Positions 18,986 to 28,850 of a DNA stretch of 64,000 nucleotides are shown here, one piece after another; the stretch's first letter is position 1; every line of letters starts with the position of its first letter. The translations under genes and the position numbers were made by a program. The DNA is taken from assembly GCA_963662435.1 (NCBI GenBank), contig OY759598.1:3814507-3878506 (forward strand), read 5' to 3'. The DNA is from Dehalococcoidia bacterium (GTDB lineage Bacteria; Chloroflexota; Dehalococcoidia; Lucifugimonadales; VXLM01). The notes beneath the pieces were generated by a model. That model did not search any database, was not told where the DNA came from, and saw nothing but the letters and a program-made list of their open reading frames with translations.

Positions 18986-20095
18986 CTATCGATAGCGTCC
19001 CCTGGCCGAGACTTCCCACACTGCCTCCAGCGCATCGTTTCGGACTGCGAACATGTAGTCGTGGAGGTTGGCGCAGGTGGCGGCGTCCCAGGGGGTGCAC
19101 CATATCCTGTCGCCAAGCTGCGGGTCGATGTCGTCGGTCGTGTCGAAGTAAATGCTGCCGTGCTCGGCGCTCAGTCCCTTGACGGTGGGACTCGGCAAGT
19201 TGTCGACTGAGGGGAAGCCGGTATCGGCTCCTATCGCCTTCTGTCCGCCGTCGGTAATCATGTAGCCGGGTTCGGGTCTGCTGGTCACTGTGGTCATGAC
19301 GCGACCTGCCGTCTTGAGTTGAGGCAGGTGCGGAGCGTGACGCGCGTCGAGGAGGGCATAGCTACCCGCCTGGACTTCCGTAATCCCGTCGATAGCTCCC
19401 GCGGCTTCATAGTTGGACGTCCCTCCGGCGCTCACTACCCGAACGCTGATGCCGGCCTGTTCGATGGCCTGACGAGTATCGAGAAGCGGTTGGAGGGCGG
19501 TGCAAGTCTCGGCCGCGGTTTCGCCTGCGCCGTCAGAGAGAATGCTCCCCTCGTGGGTCATGATTCCCGCAAAGTCGAGACCGGGAGAGTCGACCACGGC
19601 TTTCGCGAGATCGACGGCGGGCTGTCCGGGTTCCACGCCATAGAGCCCGAGGCGGGTGTTTACATACACCACAACGTCGAGGGTCACGCCGTTGGCGACG
19701 GCGGCGTTGGAGAGGTCCGACACGTTGGCGGCACTGTCGACGGCGACGCCGATCTTGGCCTGCTGGGCTAGTGCGCAGAGGCTCGTGATCTTCTGGGGCG
19801 TGACCACGAGGTTGGCAACGAATACGTCGTTGAACCCATTGGGAACGAAGGTCTCCGCCTGCCCAAGGGTCGACACTGCGATGCCGCCCACGTGACCTCC
19901 GGCTGCCAGCTGCTTGTGGGCGATGGCCGGGGTCCTGTGGGCCTCGATATGGGGCCGCAGCTTGGCGGTCCTACCGGCGAAGTACGAGGCGACGGTCGAA
20001 ATGTTGTGGTCGAGTGCGTCCACGTCGACGATGAGCGATGGGGTATCGAGCTCTTCCGTGGGGGTGCCAATGGGCTTGAAAATTGGTCGTTCCAA
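18986..20095 (-). CDS. DSD1/D-threonine aldolase family paralog lacking the catalytic lysine
   Basis: LDTPSL, RPHIEAHR, SAGGT, EVQAGSY, SAEHG; TTG start after AAGGAG. Confidence 0.85.
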   Translation of the reverse strand: MERPIFKPIGTPTEELDTPSLIVDVDALDHNISTVASYFAGRTAKLRPHIEAHRTPAIAHKQLAAGGHVGGIAVSTLGQAETFVPNGFNDVFVANLVVTPQKITSLCALAQQAKIGVAVDSAANVSDLSNAAVANGVTLDVVVYVNTRLGLYGVEPGQPAVDLAKAVVDSPGLDFAGIMTHEGSILSDGAGETAAETCTALQPLLDTRQAIEQAGISVRVVSAGGTSNYEAAGAIDGITEVQAGSYALLDARHAPHLPQLKTAGRVMTTVTSRPEPGYMITDGGQKAIGADTGFPSVDNLPSPTVKGLSAEHGSIYFDTTDDIDPQLGDRIWCTPWDAATCANLHDYMFAVRNDALEAVWEVSARGRYR

Positions 20096-20487
20096 TTCGG
20101 CGCTCCTTATGGGTCGTAAGCCATGGGAGAATAGCATACCCGCGATATGTGAGTCTATCGCGAAAGACAACCGGCAGACGGCATTCGCGAGAGTTGAAAC
20201 TGAAGGATGTTGGCCAGAAGGGAACGTCCCTTTGAAGACTACGGTCCAGTCGGTGGTCAAGTTGTCGGACTAGAGGGCGCATAGTAGAGTAACCACAGCC
20301 TTGAGCTGTCTTCGCATCGTGCCAATATTTCCTTGATTATTTCTCCTTTTGGTTGGGACGCTTTTGTCATGAATAGCCTTGTTCCGCTTCTGGATTTGCG
20401 CGACTGTTCATCGGTCGTTCTGCCTGAGCACATTCGCCTCGCCGTTCGGTTTCCGTCTTATCGAGGCGGTGAGGGATGTGATGGCCC

Positions 20488-22020
20488 ATGAGTATTCCAG
20501 ATCTCGCCAGGGTCATCATGGTGCAGGGAACATCCTCCCACGCCGGAAAGTCCGTTTTGGCCACTGCCCTATGTCGGATATTCGCCCAGGACGGGTACCA
20601 GGTGGCGCCGTTCAAGGCCCAGAACATGTCGCTGAACTCCTATGTCACGCCGGATGGCGGGGAGATTGGCCGTTCACAGGCGGTGCAGGCGGCCGCGGCG
20701 TTGACGGCTCCAAAGGTGGAGATGAACCCTGTACTAATCAAGCCGGAAGGCGAGGGGCGGTCCCAGCTTGTGGTGATGGGCAAACCCTGGGCGGTTGCCT
20801 CGGTCAGTGAATACTATGAACTGAAGCCAAGAATCTGGGAGACGGTGACTTCAGCGCTGGACCGCCTGCGCGCCGATTACGACGTGGTGGTGATAGAAGG
20901 GGCGGGGAGTCCGGCGGAGGTCAACCTCAAGGAGCAGGACATCGTCAACATGCGAGTGGCACGTTATGCCAACGCGCCGGTGCTGCTCGTAGGCGACATC
21001 GACCGCGGAGGAGTTTTCGCCCATCTCGTGGGCACGATGGTGCTCCTTGAGCCCGAGGAGAGGGCCTTGGTGAAGGGCCATGTCATCAACAAGTTCCGGG
21101 GCGATCCCTCGCTGCTCACCCCGGGACTCGGTTTCCTCGAAGAACGTACCGGCGCGCCGGTCGCAGGCGTCATTCCTCACTTTTCAGATATCCACATTCC
21201 GGAGGAAGACTCGCTGGGACTGGCGCCGGAACTCAAGGGTGACGGCGAGACGGTCGTGGATGTGGCGGTGATGCGGTTGCCGCACATCGCGAACTTCGAC
21301 GATTTCGACCCCTTGCGTCATGAGGCAGGCGTCCGCGTCAGATACGTGGGACGTGCTGATGACTTCGGCAGCCCTGACCTTGTTGTGATTCCTGGAAGCA
21401 AGACCACAGCGGATGACCTTGAGTGGTTGCGCGCCCAGGGGCTTGCCGAGCGTATCGTTGACGCTCGTCGATTGGGAACGCCGGTTATCGGCATCTGCGC
21501 GGGCTACCAGATGCTTGGAACGAAGCTCCTGGACCCAGACGGAGTGGAGTCGTCAAAGACCGAAACGCACGGCTTGGGACTCCTTCCAACAGTCACGACC
21601 TTTCGACGCGACAAGTCCACGCACCAGGTTTCAGGACGAGTGGTAGCGAGCCGGGGCATCTTGAATGCCTGCTCGGATGAACCGGTTGTTGCCTATGAGA
21701 TTCACATGGGGGTAACCACCTACCATGACGAACTCTCTACACCATTCATCATTGAGACGAGGTCGGGGCGGAGCGCGAACATACCGGACGGAGCCTTGGA
21801 TTCCGAGGGCCTCACTCTCGGCACTTACCTTCACGGGCTCTTTCACAACCGGCCAGTACGTCGTTCGATTCTTGACTTCGCGGCCAGTCGCAAAGGGGCC
21901 ACCCTTCCACCTGCCTCTGATGACATCGAACCCAGGGCCGAGTACGACAAGCTGGCCGCGCTTGTGCGTGAGCACCTCGATATGAACCTGGTCTATCGCG
22001 TCACGGGGCTGACGACTTGA
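20488..22020 (+). CDS. cobQ: Cobyric acid synthase
   Basis: GTSSHAGKS, PFKAQNMSLNS, EGAGSPAE, DIDRGG, GICAGYQ, GTYLHG. Confidence 0.97.
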   Translation: MSIPDLARVIMVQGTSSHAGKSVLATALCRIFAQDGYQVAPFKAQNMSLNSYVTPDGGEIGRSQAVQAAAALTAPKVEMNPVLIKPEGEGRSQLVVMGKPWAVASVSEYYELKPRIWETVTSALDRLRADYDVVVIEGAGSPAEVNLKEQDIVNMRVARYANAPVLLVGDIDRGGVFAHLVGTMVLLEPEERALVKGHVINKFRGDPSLLTPGLGFLEERTGAPVAGVIPHFSDIHIPEEDSLGLAPELKGDGETVVDVAVMRLPHIANFDDFDPLRHEAGVRVRYVGRADDFGSPDLVVIPGSKTTADDLEWLRAQGLAERIVDARRLGTPVIGICAGYQMLGTKLLDPDGVESSKTETHGLGLLPTVTTFRRDKSTHQVSGRVVASRGILNACSDEPVVAYEIHMGVTTYHDELSTPFIIETRSGRSANIPDGALDSEGLTLGTYLHGLFHNRPVRRSILDFAASRKGATLPPASDDIEPRAEYDKLAALVREHLDMNLVYRVTGLTT

Positions 22021-22543
22021 CCACCATTGGAATGCCCGCTGCCATGAAGTAGACGTCGTCCGCCTCGGCGGCAACCAGCTGGTTCACGCGGCCAAGCTCG
22101 TCGGCGTATTCGCGGCCCATCTTGGTGGTGGGCACGACGCCCAGGCCCACCTCATTGCTGACGATGATCCACGATGAGTCGCCACTTCGGTACAGTTCGA
22201 GCAGTCCGCGGGTTGCCTCGGTGATGTCGCAGCGTGTGGACTCTGGAGCCGACCCGGACAGCATGAGGTTGCTGACCCAAAGAGTCACGCAGTCGAGGAG
22301 AATGGTGTCATAGCGGGGGAGAAGCGGCGTCAGCGCGGACACGATATTGATCGGCTCCTCCAACGTGTCCCAGTCAGGCGGACGGTCCTTACGGTGGGCC
22401 TCGATACGGAGTGCCATGTCTTCGTCGCCGGCCTCGGCGGTGGCTACGAAGAGGACACGGCTTCCGCTCGCCGCCAGCTGCTGGGCATAAGAGCTCTTGC
22501 CGGCGCGGACGCCTCCGAGAATCAACGTCAGCCGTCTGCTCAT
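22001..22543 (-). CDS. cobU: Adenosylcobinamide kinase / adenosylcobinamide-phosphate guanylyltransferase
   Basis: GGVRAGKS, RIEAHR, DCVTLW, VSNEVGLG. Confidence 0.95.
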   Translation of the reverse strand: MSRRLTLILGGVRAGKSSYAQQLAASGSRVLFVATAEAGDEDMALRIEAHRKDRPPDWDTLEEPINIVSALTPLLPRYDTILLDCVTLWVSNLMLSGSAPESTRCDITEATRGLLELYRSGDSSWIIVSNEVGLGVVPTTKMGREYADELGRVNQLVAAEADDVYFMAAGIPMVVKSSAP

Positions 22544-23175
22544 GTGACGGTCTCCTCCTCCCCTGACATCAAGTGGCCGGTATCATTCCAAAGCTCCAGG
22601 ACGCGGCCGTTTGGCTGATTGCTGATGACGGAGAGACTGCCACAGTCGACCTGAGAACTCCAGAATTGGTCATCGCCCAATTTCAGGAGACAGACGAGGA
22701 GGGCCCGAATCGACCCCCCATGGGCGACGATGAGGACGTTGTCGGCGGGGTCGTGGCGCTTCTCGGCCTTTGCGCAGAATCGCCGCACGCGGTCGAGCAA
22801 CTGGCCGGTGTCCTCACCGCCCGGAGCGGCAAAGGCGTTGTTGCCCTTGCCCATTCGCTCGGCAAGGGCCGTTGGGTACTGCGCCTCTACTTCATCGAGT
22901 GTCAGGCCATCCCATTCGCCGTAGGAGAACTCGCGGAGGTCGGGATCGGTGAATACCGGCATGTCAGCGTCTCCGACGATGGCCCTCGCGGTCTCCGTTG
23001 CTCTCGCAAGGTCGCTGGAGTAGACGGCGGAGAATTCGCAGTTTGCGAATCTCGTTGCCAGCGTCTTTGCTTGTCGTCTGCCGCTATCGTTGAGGGGAAC
23101 GTCGGAATGGCCCTGGATCCTGCCGTTCCGGTTCCACTCGGTCTCGCCATGTCGTACGAGGTACCAGCTACCCAT
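22540..23175 (-). CDS. cobC: Histidine phosphatase, probable alpha-ribazole phosphatase
   Basis: LVRHGET, SSDLARA, AHGG; lies between cobS and cobU. Confidence 0.85.
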   Translation of the reverse strand: MGSWYLVRHGETEWNRNGRIQGHSDVPLNDSGRRQAKTLATRFANCEFSAVYSSDLARATETARAIVGDADMPVFTDPDLREFSYGEWDGLTLDEVEAQYPTALAERMGKGNNAFAAPGGEDTGQLLDRVRRFCAKAEKRHDPADNVLIVAHGGSIRALLVCLLKLGDDQFWSSQVDCGSLSVISNQPNGRVLELWNDTGHLMSGEEETVT

Positions 23176-23194
23176 CAGTCGTCTCCGCACCCGC

Positions 23195-23956
23195 TTACCA
23201 TAGTGGTGCCTGGTATAGGCCTGGAATGAGGCTGAACACGGCTATTCCCACGATCAGCACGGTCACTTCCGCGACCTCGTTCACCGCGCCGTAGGTGTCG
23301 CCGGTCATACCGCCGAGCATCCCAGAGATCCAGCGGCCTAGACCCAGGGACACACCGATAACCGCAGATAGCAGTACCAAACCGGCGAACCCTAGGAGCA
23401 GGCCTCCTGCTGCTGCCGTGATCGCAAGTCCCAAGGCGACGTGCCACATCTTGGCGTCAGCCTGAAACGCCGTGCCGAGACCCTGCTCCCTGACATAGGG
23501 AAGTGCCGCCATTGTGGCCAGCATCCCGAAGCGCGAAAGGCAGGGGAACACGATCAGCAGACCCACACGTATATCGCCTGGGAGACTCGTCAGCAGAGTC
23601 CACTTCAAGATCAGCAATGCTGCGCCGCCAATTACGGCGAAGGCTCCCACATGTGTGTCGCGGAGGATTTCCAGCCGTTTCGCCGGAGAGTACCCGCCGA
23701 ACAGACCGTCGCAGGAGTCGAGAAACCCCTCGGTATGAATCGCTCTCGTTAGAACCAAGAGTGCCGCGACGAGCAGTGCGCTAACGACCGGACTGGGTAA
23801 GGCCTGCCTTGCCGCGAAATCCAGCCCCGCCAGGCAACAACCCAACACCAGGCCCACGAGAGGGAAGTAGGCTCGTGCGGCTCCCACAAGTGCTGCATCA
23901 GGTGGCGCAATCGGGAGCACCGTAAGGAAGCTTATGGCCAGTCGCAGGTGTGTCAC
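23195..23956 (-). CDS. cobS: Adenosylcobinamide-GDP ribazoletransferase
   Basis: HTEGFLDSCDG, GGMTGDTYGA. Confidence 0.93.
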   Translation of the reverse strand: MTHLRLAISFLTVLPIAPPDAALVGAARAYFPLVGLVLGCCLAGLDFAARQALPSPVVSALLVAALLVLTRAIHTEGFLDSCDGLFGGYSPAKRLEILRDTHVGAFAVIGGAALLILKWTLLTSLPGDIRVGLLIVFPCLSRFGMLATMAALPYVREQGLGTAFQADAKMWHVALGLAITAAAGGLLLGFAGLVLLSAVIGVSLGLGRWISGMLGGMTGDTYGAVNEVAEVTVLIVGIAVFSLIPGLYQAPLW

Positions 23957-25032
23957 TTGGCCTGCCCGACTGAGTCGTCCGGCGCTTTGTCTGAGACGCC
24001 TGCCTCGTCGAAAGTTGCCATTTCGGATAGGGTCGTCGCGGCGGCTCCGACGAGATTCATGGCGAGGACAGCGCCGGTTCCTTCACCGAGTCTCATTTCA
24101 AGGTCCAGGAGAGGACGCAATCCCAGGTGCGAAAGGACGGCATGATGTCCACGCTCAGCCGATAGGTGGGAGGCGACGAGATAGTCTCTGATATTGGGAC
24201 ATAGGCTGTGGGCTATGAGGGCCGCAGCGCCGGAAATGAAGCCGTCGAGCACCACCGCCCGACGTTCCAGCGCACCTCCAAGAATTACGCCTGCCAGCAC
24301 TCCGATCTCGAACCCACCCACCTTAGCGAGGACATCGAGAGCATCGTTGGGGTCGGGAAGGTTCACTTCCAGTGCGCGTTGGACGACCGCCGTCTTGTGC
24401 GCTAGCTCTGCATCGTTACGCCCGGTTCCCCGTCCGGTCGTCTCATTGGGCGGCCTCCGTGTAAGGGCCGCGACTATGGCGCTTGATGCCGTGGTATTGC
24501 CGATCCCCATATCGCCCGTGCCAAAGAGATCAGCGCCGTTCTTCGCGGCCTCCATTGCTAGGAGTACTCCTGCATTCACGCACGCTTCCGCCTGTTCCCG
24601 TGTCATTGCCGGGCCGAGCGTCATGTCCGCCGTTCCCCTGCCGATGCCCAGAACGTGCAGGTCTGGGTGGTCGGGCAGGGAACTGACGACGCCAGCATCT
24701 ACTATGACGAGTTTTACTCCCGCATTTCTCGCCAAGACGCTGATGGCAGCGCCGCCGGACAGGAAGTTCAGCACCATCTGTGCCGTGACCTCCTGCGGGT
24801 AGGACGTTACGCCCTGGTCGACAACGCCATGGTCCCCGGCGGCAACGATAATCGCCTTACCTCGTGGTTCGGGACGTTCCGTCTCGAAAATCCCTGCCAA
24901 ATGAATGGAGACCGCTTCCAGTCGGCCAAGGCTGCCGGGAGGTTTGGTGAGACGGTCCTGTCGAAGCCTGGCGGCCAGCTTGGCCTTTTGGTCGGCGGGT
25001 GAGATGCGCCCGATCACTTCGTCGAGGGTCAT
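23953..25032 (-). CDS. cobT: Nicotinate-nucleotide-dimethylbenzimidazole phosphoribosyltransferase
   Basis: LTKPPGSLGRLE, DHGV, MGIGNTT, MRLGEGTGA. Confidence 0.96.
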   Translation of the reverse strand: MTLDEVIGRISPADQKAKLAARLRQDRLTKPPGSLGRLEAVSIHLAGIFETERPEPRGKAIIVAAGDHGVVDQGVTSYPQEVTAQMVLNFLSGGAAISVLARNAGVKLVIVDAGVVSSLPDHPDLHVLGIGRGTADMTLGPAMTREQAEACVNAGVLLAMEAAKNGADLFGTGDMGIGNTTASSAIVAALTRRPPNETTGRGTGRNDAELAHKTAVVQRALEVNLPDPNDALDVLAKVGGFEIGVLAGVILGGALERRAVVLDGFISGAAALIAHSLCPNIRDYLVASHLSAERGHHAVLSHLGLRPLLDLEMRLGEGTGAVLAMNLVGAAATTLSEMATFDEAGVSDKAPDDSVGQAK

Positions 25033-25034
25033 CG

Positions 25035-25610
25035 TCAGAACTCTATCCCTCGCTGGGCCTTGATGCCCTTGTCCTCGTAAGGGTGTTTGATGAGCTTCAT
25101 CTCAGTGACGAGGTCGGCGCAGTCGATGAGTTCCTGCGGGGCGTATCGCCCGGTGATGATGACGTGCATCGTTTCGGGTCTGCGCTGCAGCGTTTCTACA
25201 ACCTCGGAAACGGGGACCCAGCCGTAGTGCATTGCGTAGGTAAACTCATCGAGGACGATGATGTCCTCGTCGCCGTTCAGGATGGCGTCCTTGCAATTGT
25301 CCCACTGCTCCATGGCGAGGGCGGCGGTGCGGTCCATGTCCTTGGAGAGCCAGGTGAAGCCGTCGCCCATGGATTCGATTGGGATGTCCAGCTTCTTCGC
25401 GGCTCGGTGCTCGCCGAATCGCGCGCCAGTGTGCTTGATGAACTGGAACATCCTTATCTTGAAGTCACGGCCCCACGCGCGAAAGATCACTCCGAGCGCT
25501 GCCGTCGTCTTGCCCTTGCCGTCGCCGGTGTTGACGATGACGAGGCCGTGCCGGACGCGGCGGCTCTTGACCACCTTCGTCGGGGGTGTCGCGGGATCTT
25601 GTACGCTCAT
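25035..25610 (-). CDS. cobO: Cob(I)yrinic acid a,c-diamide adenosyltransferase (CobO/BtuR)
   Basis: TGDGKGKTTAA, QFIK, LDE, TGR, KHPY, GIEF. Confidence 0.95.
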   Translation of the reverse strand: MSVQDPATPPTKVVKSRRVRHGLVIVNTGDGKGKTTAALGVIFRAWGRDFKIRMFQFIKHTGARFGEHRAAKKLDIPIESMGDGFTWLSKDMDRTAALAMEQWDNCKDAILNGDEDIIVLDEFTYAMHYGWVPVSEVVETLQRRPETMHVIITGRYAPQELIDCADLVTEMKLIKHPYEDKGIKAQRGIEF

Positions 25611-25613
25611 GGA

Positions 25614-26506
25614 TCACCTCTCAGGCGGGAATTTTGTACCCTGGCCGCCCGGGTAACTCGCCCTCTCCGCCACGATGTTGGGGTTTTGGCCCGTTCCATT
25701 TTGCAAGTGTTCGTCCGCCGGGCCGATCAGGCTGATCGCCAGAGCACCAGTTGCGGGGTCGCGAAACACGGCGGATTTCACGCCGAAGGCGGATTCAATG
25801 GTGTCAGGAGTGAGCACGTCCTCCGGCGATCCCTCGGCGAGGAGCTGTCCTTGTTCAGCAGCACCAGCCGGTCGCAGTAGCGCGCGGCCATGTTCAGGTC
25901 GTGGATTGCCGCGACGGCGGTGAGGCCGTCGTCGACGAGTTGACGAACGAGATCGAGCACCTTGAGCTGGTGGAGCACGTCGAGGTTGGCCGTTGGCTCG
26001 TCCATCAGGAGGACTCGTGGCTGCTGCGCCAATGCACGGGCGACGAACACGCGCTGGCGCTCTCCGCCGGAGAGGGTGTCGAGAGTCCGGTCGGCAAACT
26101 CCTCGGTCTCGGTCAGGGCCATGGCGTCGCGGGCGATTCGGTCGTCCTCCCTGCCCTCGATTTGGAAGCGTCCCAGGTGTGGATACCGGCCCATCAGCAC
26201 GAGTTCAATAGACGTGAATCCGTAGGTGTATGGCGCGATTTGCGGGACGAGCGCGAGGGCCGTGGCCACCTCCCTCGTCGATAACTCCGTGATGTCCGTG
26301 CCATCCAACTGCACGGTGCCGTTTCGACTCTTCAGGATGCCTGAAATATTCCTCAGCAGCGTCGACTTCCCCGCCCCATTCGGACCGATCAGCCCTACGA
26401 GCTGACCTCGGTCGGCGTGCATGGTTACGCCATCCAGCAGGATATTCCCCTCGATCTCGTACGAGAGGTCCTGCGTGCTGATCGCTTGTGGCTTGCTTCC
26501 GTTCAT
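25614..26506 (-). pseudogene. Cobalamin/iron-chelate ABC ATPase (BtuD-like) with an apparent 1-bp deletion near 25850
   Basis: GPNGAGKS, LSGGERQR, DEPT, HDL; the conserved C-terminus (GQLLAEGSPEDVLTPDTIESAFGV) continues in another frame. Confidence 0.8.
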
Positions 26507-26512
26507 TTCGTG

Positions 26513-27637
26513 CTACTCGGCCAGACTGAAGGTTTCGTTCGACGCCTCTGGGAAGTCGCTCGGCCAGAGTATCCGTGCGAGGTCCTCGGCCCCACGGATG
26601 TTCCAGTACGAGAGGGTGGTGAAGTGCTTACCCTCGACGATGTGGACTTGGTCATTCTTGATAGCCGGAAGCTCGGCGAGGGCCTCGTTGGAAAGGAGCT
26701 CTTGACGGAACTCCTCAGCGCCAAACTCAAGAGGTTGGGCGATGACGATGACTTCCGGATTCATGGCGATGACGCCCTCGAGGCTGGTGGTCTGGTTGCC
26801 TTCTATGCCCGCTTCTTCAGCCGAGTTGATGCCGCCGCCGGCCGTGATAACGCCTCCCTCTGTGGAATTGCCGCCCGCGACCCATAGCTTGTCTGAGTAC
26901 TGGGTCAGGGCGAGCACATTTGGCTTAGGCTCGGCCTTACCTGTCACGGCTACGAGAGAATTGTACCGGTCGCTCACCTCTGCCGCGAACTCGATGGCCC
27001 GTTCCTCTTCGCCGAAAATGTACCCCATGAACAGGATGCTGTTTATGCGCGCTTCGGGGTCGTGTTTCAGCTCCGTCTGGACGACAGGAATGCCGATCTT
27101 GGACAGGGCCTCGATAGCCTCCGCGGGGAAGAATGGACTCGTGACGATAACGTCCGGTGCTTGTGCAATGATGGTCTCGGGATCCCGCGAGATTTGCGAG
27201 ATGTGCTGGACGAGCGAGGCGACGTTCGAGTAAGTCGCGTTCTTCGTTGCGCTGCCGACTCCCACGAGACGGTCACGCGGCACGAGCGCTAGGGTCAACT
27301 CGTCATGTCCGACAGAGGCCGTAATGATGCGCTGAGGCTTGGCGGGAATGCTGACGAGTCCATTCAGTCCCTCGACCTCTCGGGGCCAACCGTCGTTGGT
27401 GTGGTCGACGATTCCCCGTACGCCTACGAAGAAGCTGGATACGGGCACGGGAGTTGGCGTAGGTTCAGGTGTTGGCTCTGGAACCGGGGTCGGCACTGCC
27501 GTTGGTGCGACGGTCGGCACTGCAGTCGGGATCTGGGTAGGCGCCGCGGTTGGTTCCGGCGTATCCGAGGAACATGCCGCCATCGCTATTGCGAGTATGA
27601 GGACGAGAGGTACTACTAGAGTTCTAGACTTTCGCAT
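26513..27637 (-). CDS. Cobalamin ABC transporter substrate-binding lipoprotein (BtuF-like)
   Basis: RBS AAAGGAG, lipobox MAAC, PT linker, KPQRII, LPAIKN; downstream of a B12 riboswitch. Confidence 0.85.
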   Translation of the reverse strand: MRKSRTLVVPLVLILAIAMAACSSDTPEPTAAPTQIPTAVPTVAPTAVPTPVPEPTPEPTPTPVPVSSFFVGVRGIVDHTNDGWPREVEGLNGLVSIPAKPQRIITASVGHDELTLALVPRDRLVGVGSATKNATYSNVASLVQHISQISRDPETIIAQAPDVIVTSPFFPAEAIEALSKIGIPVVQTELKHDPEARINSILFMGYIFGEEERAIEFAAEVSDRYNSLVAVTGKAEPKPNVLALTQYSDKLWVAGGNSTEGGVITAGGGINSAEEAGIEGNQTTSLEGVIAMNPEVIVIAQPLEFGAEEFRQELLSNEALAELPAIKNDQVHIVEGKHFTTLSYWNIRGAEDLARILWPSDFPEASNETFSLAE

Positions 27638-27669
27638 CGACAAAGTGACTCCTTTCGAATGGACGCGTT

Positions 27670-28749
27670 TTACAGTGAGTAGGTCTGACGCTTGTTCTTG
27701 ATTAGCAGCAAGATGAAGAAGGGCGCTCCGACGAACGCCGTGAGAACGCCCACCCGAAACTCCGCCGGTTGGACGATGGTCCTTGCCACGGTGTCGGCCA
27801 CAATCACGAAGACGGCTCCACCTGCTGCGCTCAGTGGGATCAGGACGCGGTGGTCGGGGCCGAGCACGAGCCGCAGGATGTGGGGCGTCACGAGTCCGAC
27901 GAAGGCGATTGTCCCGCTCACCGCCACTGCGGCTCCGGTTGCGAGAGCCGCCGCCGCGAGGAGGACGGGTCGGGCGAAGCCGACACGGACGCCCATCGAA
28001 CGCGCCTCGTCGTCTCCCAGCATGAGCAGGTTCAAATCTCGCGCCATCAGGATGATGAGGACCGTGCCGCCGAATATGAGCGGGGTGGAGATTCGAACGT
28101 GCTCCCACGAGCGAGAGTCGAGACCGCCGGCGAGCCAGAAGAGAATCTCTCGCAGGGCTTCGTTGTCCGGCAGGAGGATGATGATCGCGGAGACGATTGC
28201 GCCGAGGAACGCGTTGACCGCGACGCCGGCGAGAAGAAGCGTCGCCATGGAGAAGCGTCCGCCTACGGCCGCTATGCCGTAGACGAGGAACGTGGCCGCG
28301 ATTGCGCCCACGAATGCGAAGGCGGGTAGGGCGAGGAAGAACAGGCCTGTCAGTCCGGTGGCGATGGCCACGACCGCCCCCACCGCACCCCCGGCGGACA
28401 CGCCGATGATGCCGGGGTCGGCCATCGGGTTACGGAAGAGACCCTGCATGGTTGCCCCTGCGACCCCTAGCGCCATTCCCACCGATGCTCCGACGACGAT
28501 CCTCGGCAGCCGTATCTGCTCGATGACGAGCTGCTCAGTGCGGCTGAAGTCTGCAAGATCGAGGCCGAAGAGCGACAGGACAATCGAGGCGACGTGGGTG
28601 GCCGGTATGTTGACCGGCCCCAGGCTGAGCGAGACGAGAGCGGTCGCGAGAATTATCAGGACGAGAACGGAACACCCGATCGCCAACCGGGTGGATACCC
28701 CCGACTGTCGATAGCCGCGTAGAGCGGTGATGCCGGCCGTCCTTAACAA
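27670..28749 (-). CDS. Cobalamin ABC transporter permease (BtuC/FecCD)
   Basis: IRLPRI, RNPMADP, EARSMG, FVGLVTPH; TTG start after GGAGG. Confidence 0.9.
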   Translation of the reverse strand: MLRTAGITALRGYRQSGVSTRLAIGCSVLVLIILATALVSLSLGPVNIPATHVASIVLSLFGLDLADFSRTEQLVIEQIRLPRIVVGASVGMALGVAGATMQGLFRNPMADPGIIGVSAGGAVGAVVAIATGLTGLFFLALPAFAFVGAIAATFLVYGIAAVGGRFSMATLLLAGVAVNAFLGAIVSAIIILLPDNEALREILFWLAGGLDSRSWEHVRISTPLIFGGTVLIILMARDLNLLMLGDDEARSMGVRVGFARPVLLAAAALATGAAVAVSGTIAFVGLVTPHILRLVLGPDHRVLIPLSAAGGAVFVIVADTVARTIVQPAEFRVGVLTAFVGAPFFILLLIKNKRQTYSL

Positions 28750-28850
28750 AAGAGACCTCCGCGGCTCTCCGCGTGAGGTCTTTAGTTCGCTCTGCCAGGG
28801 CGTACGCCCGACGACCGAGGGACCCTCTCTAATGCGGAGAGTGGTCACCT

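Noticed and set aside
17583..18995. 470-aa plus-strand ORF
   Set aside because: Antisense shadow of the DSD1-family gene.
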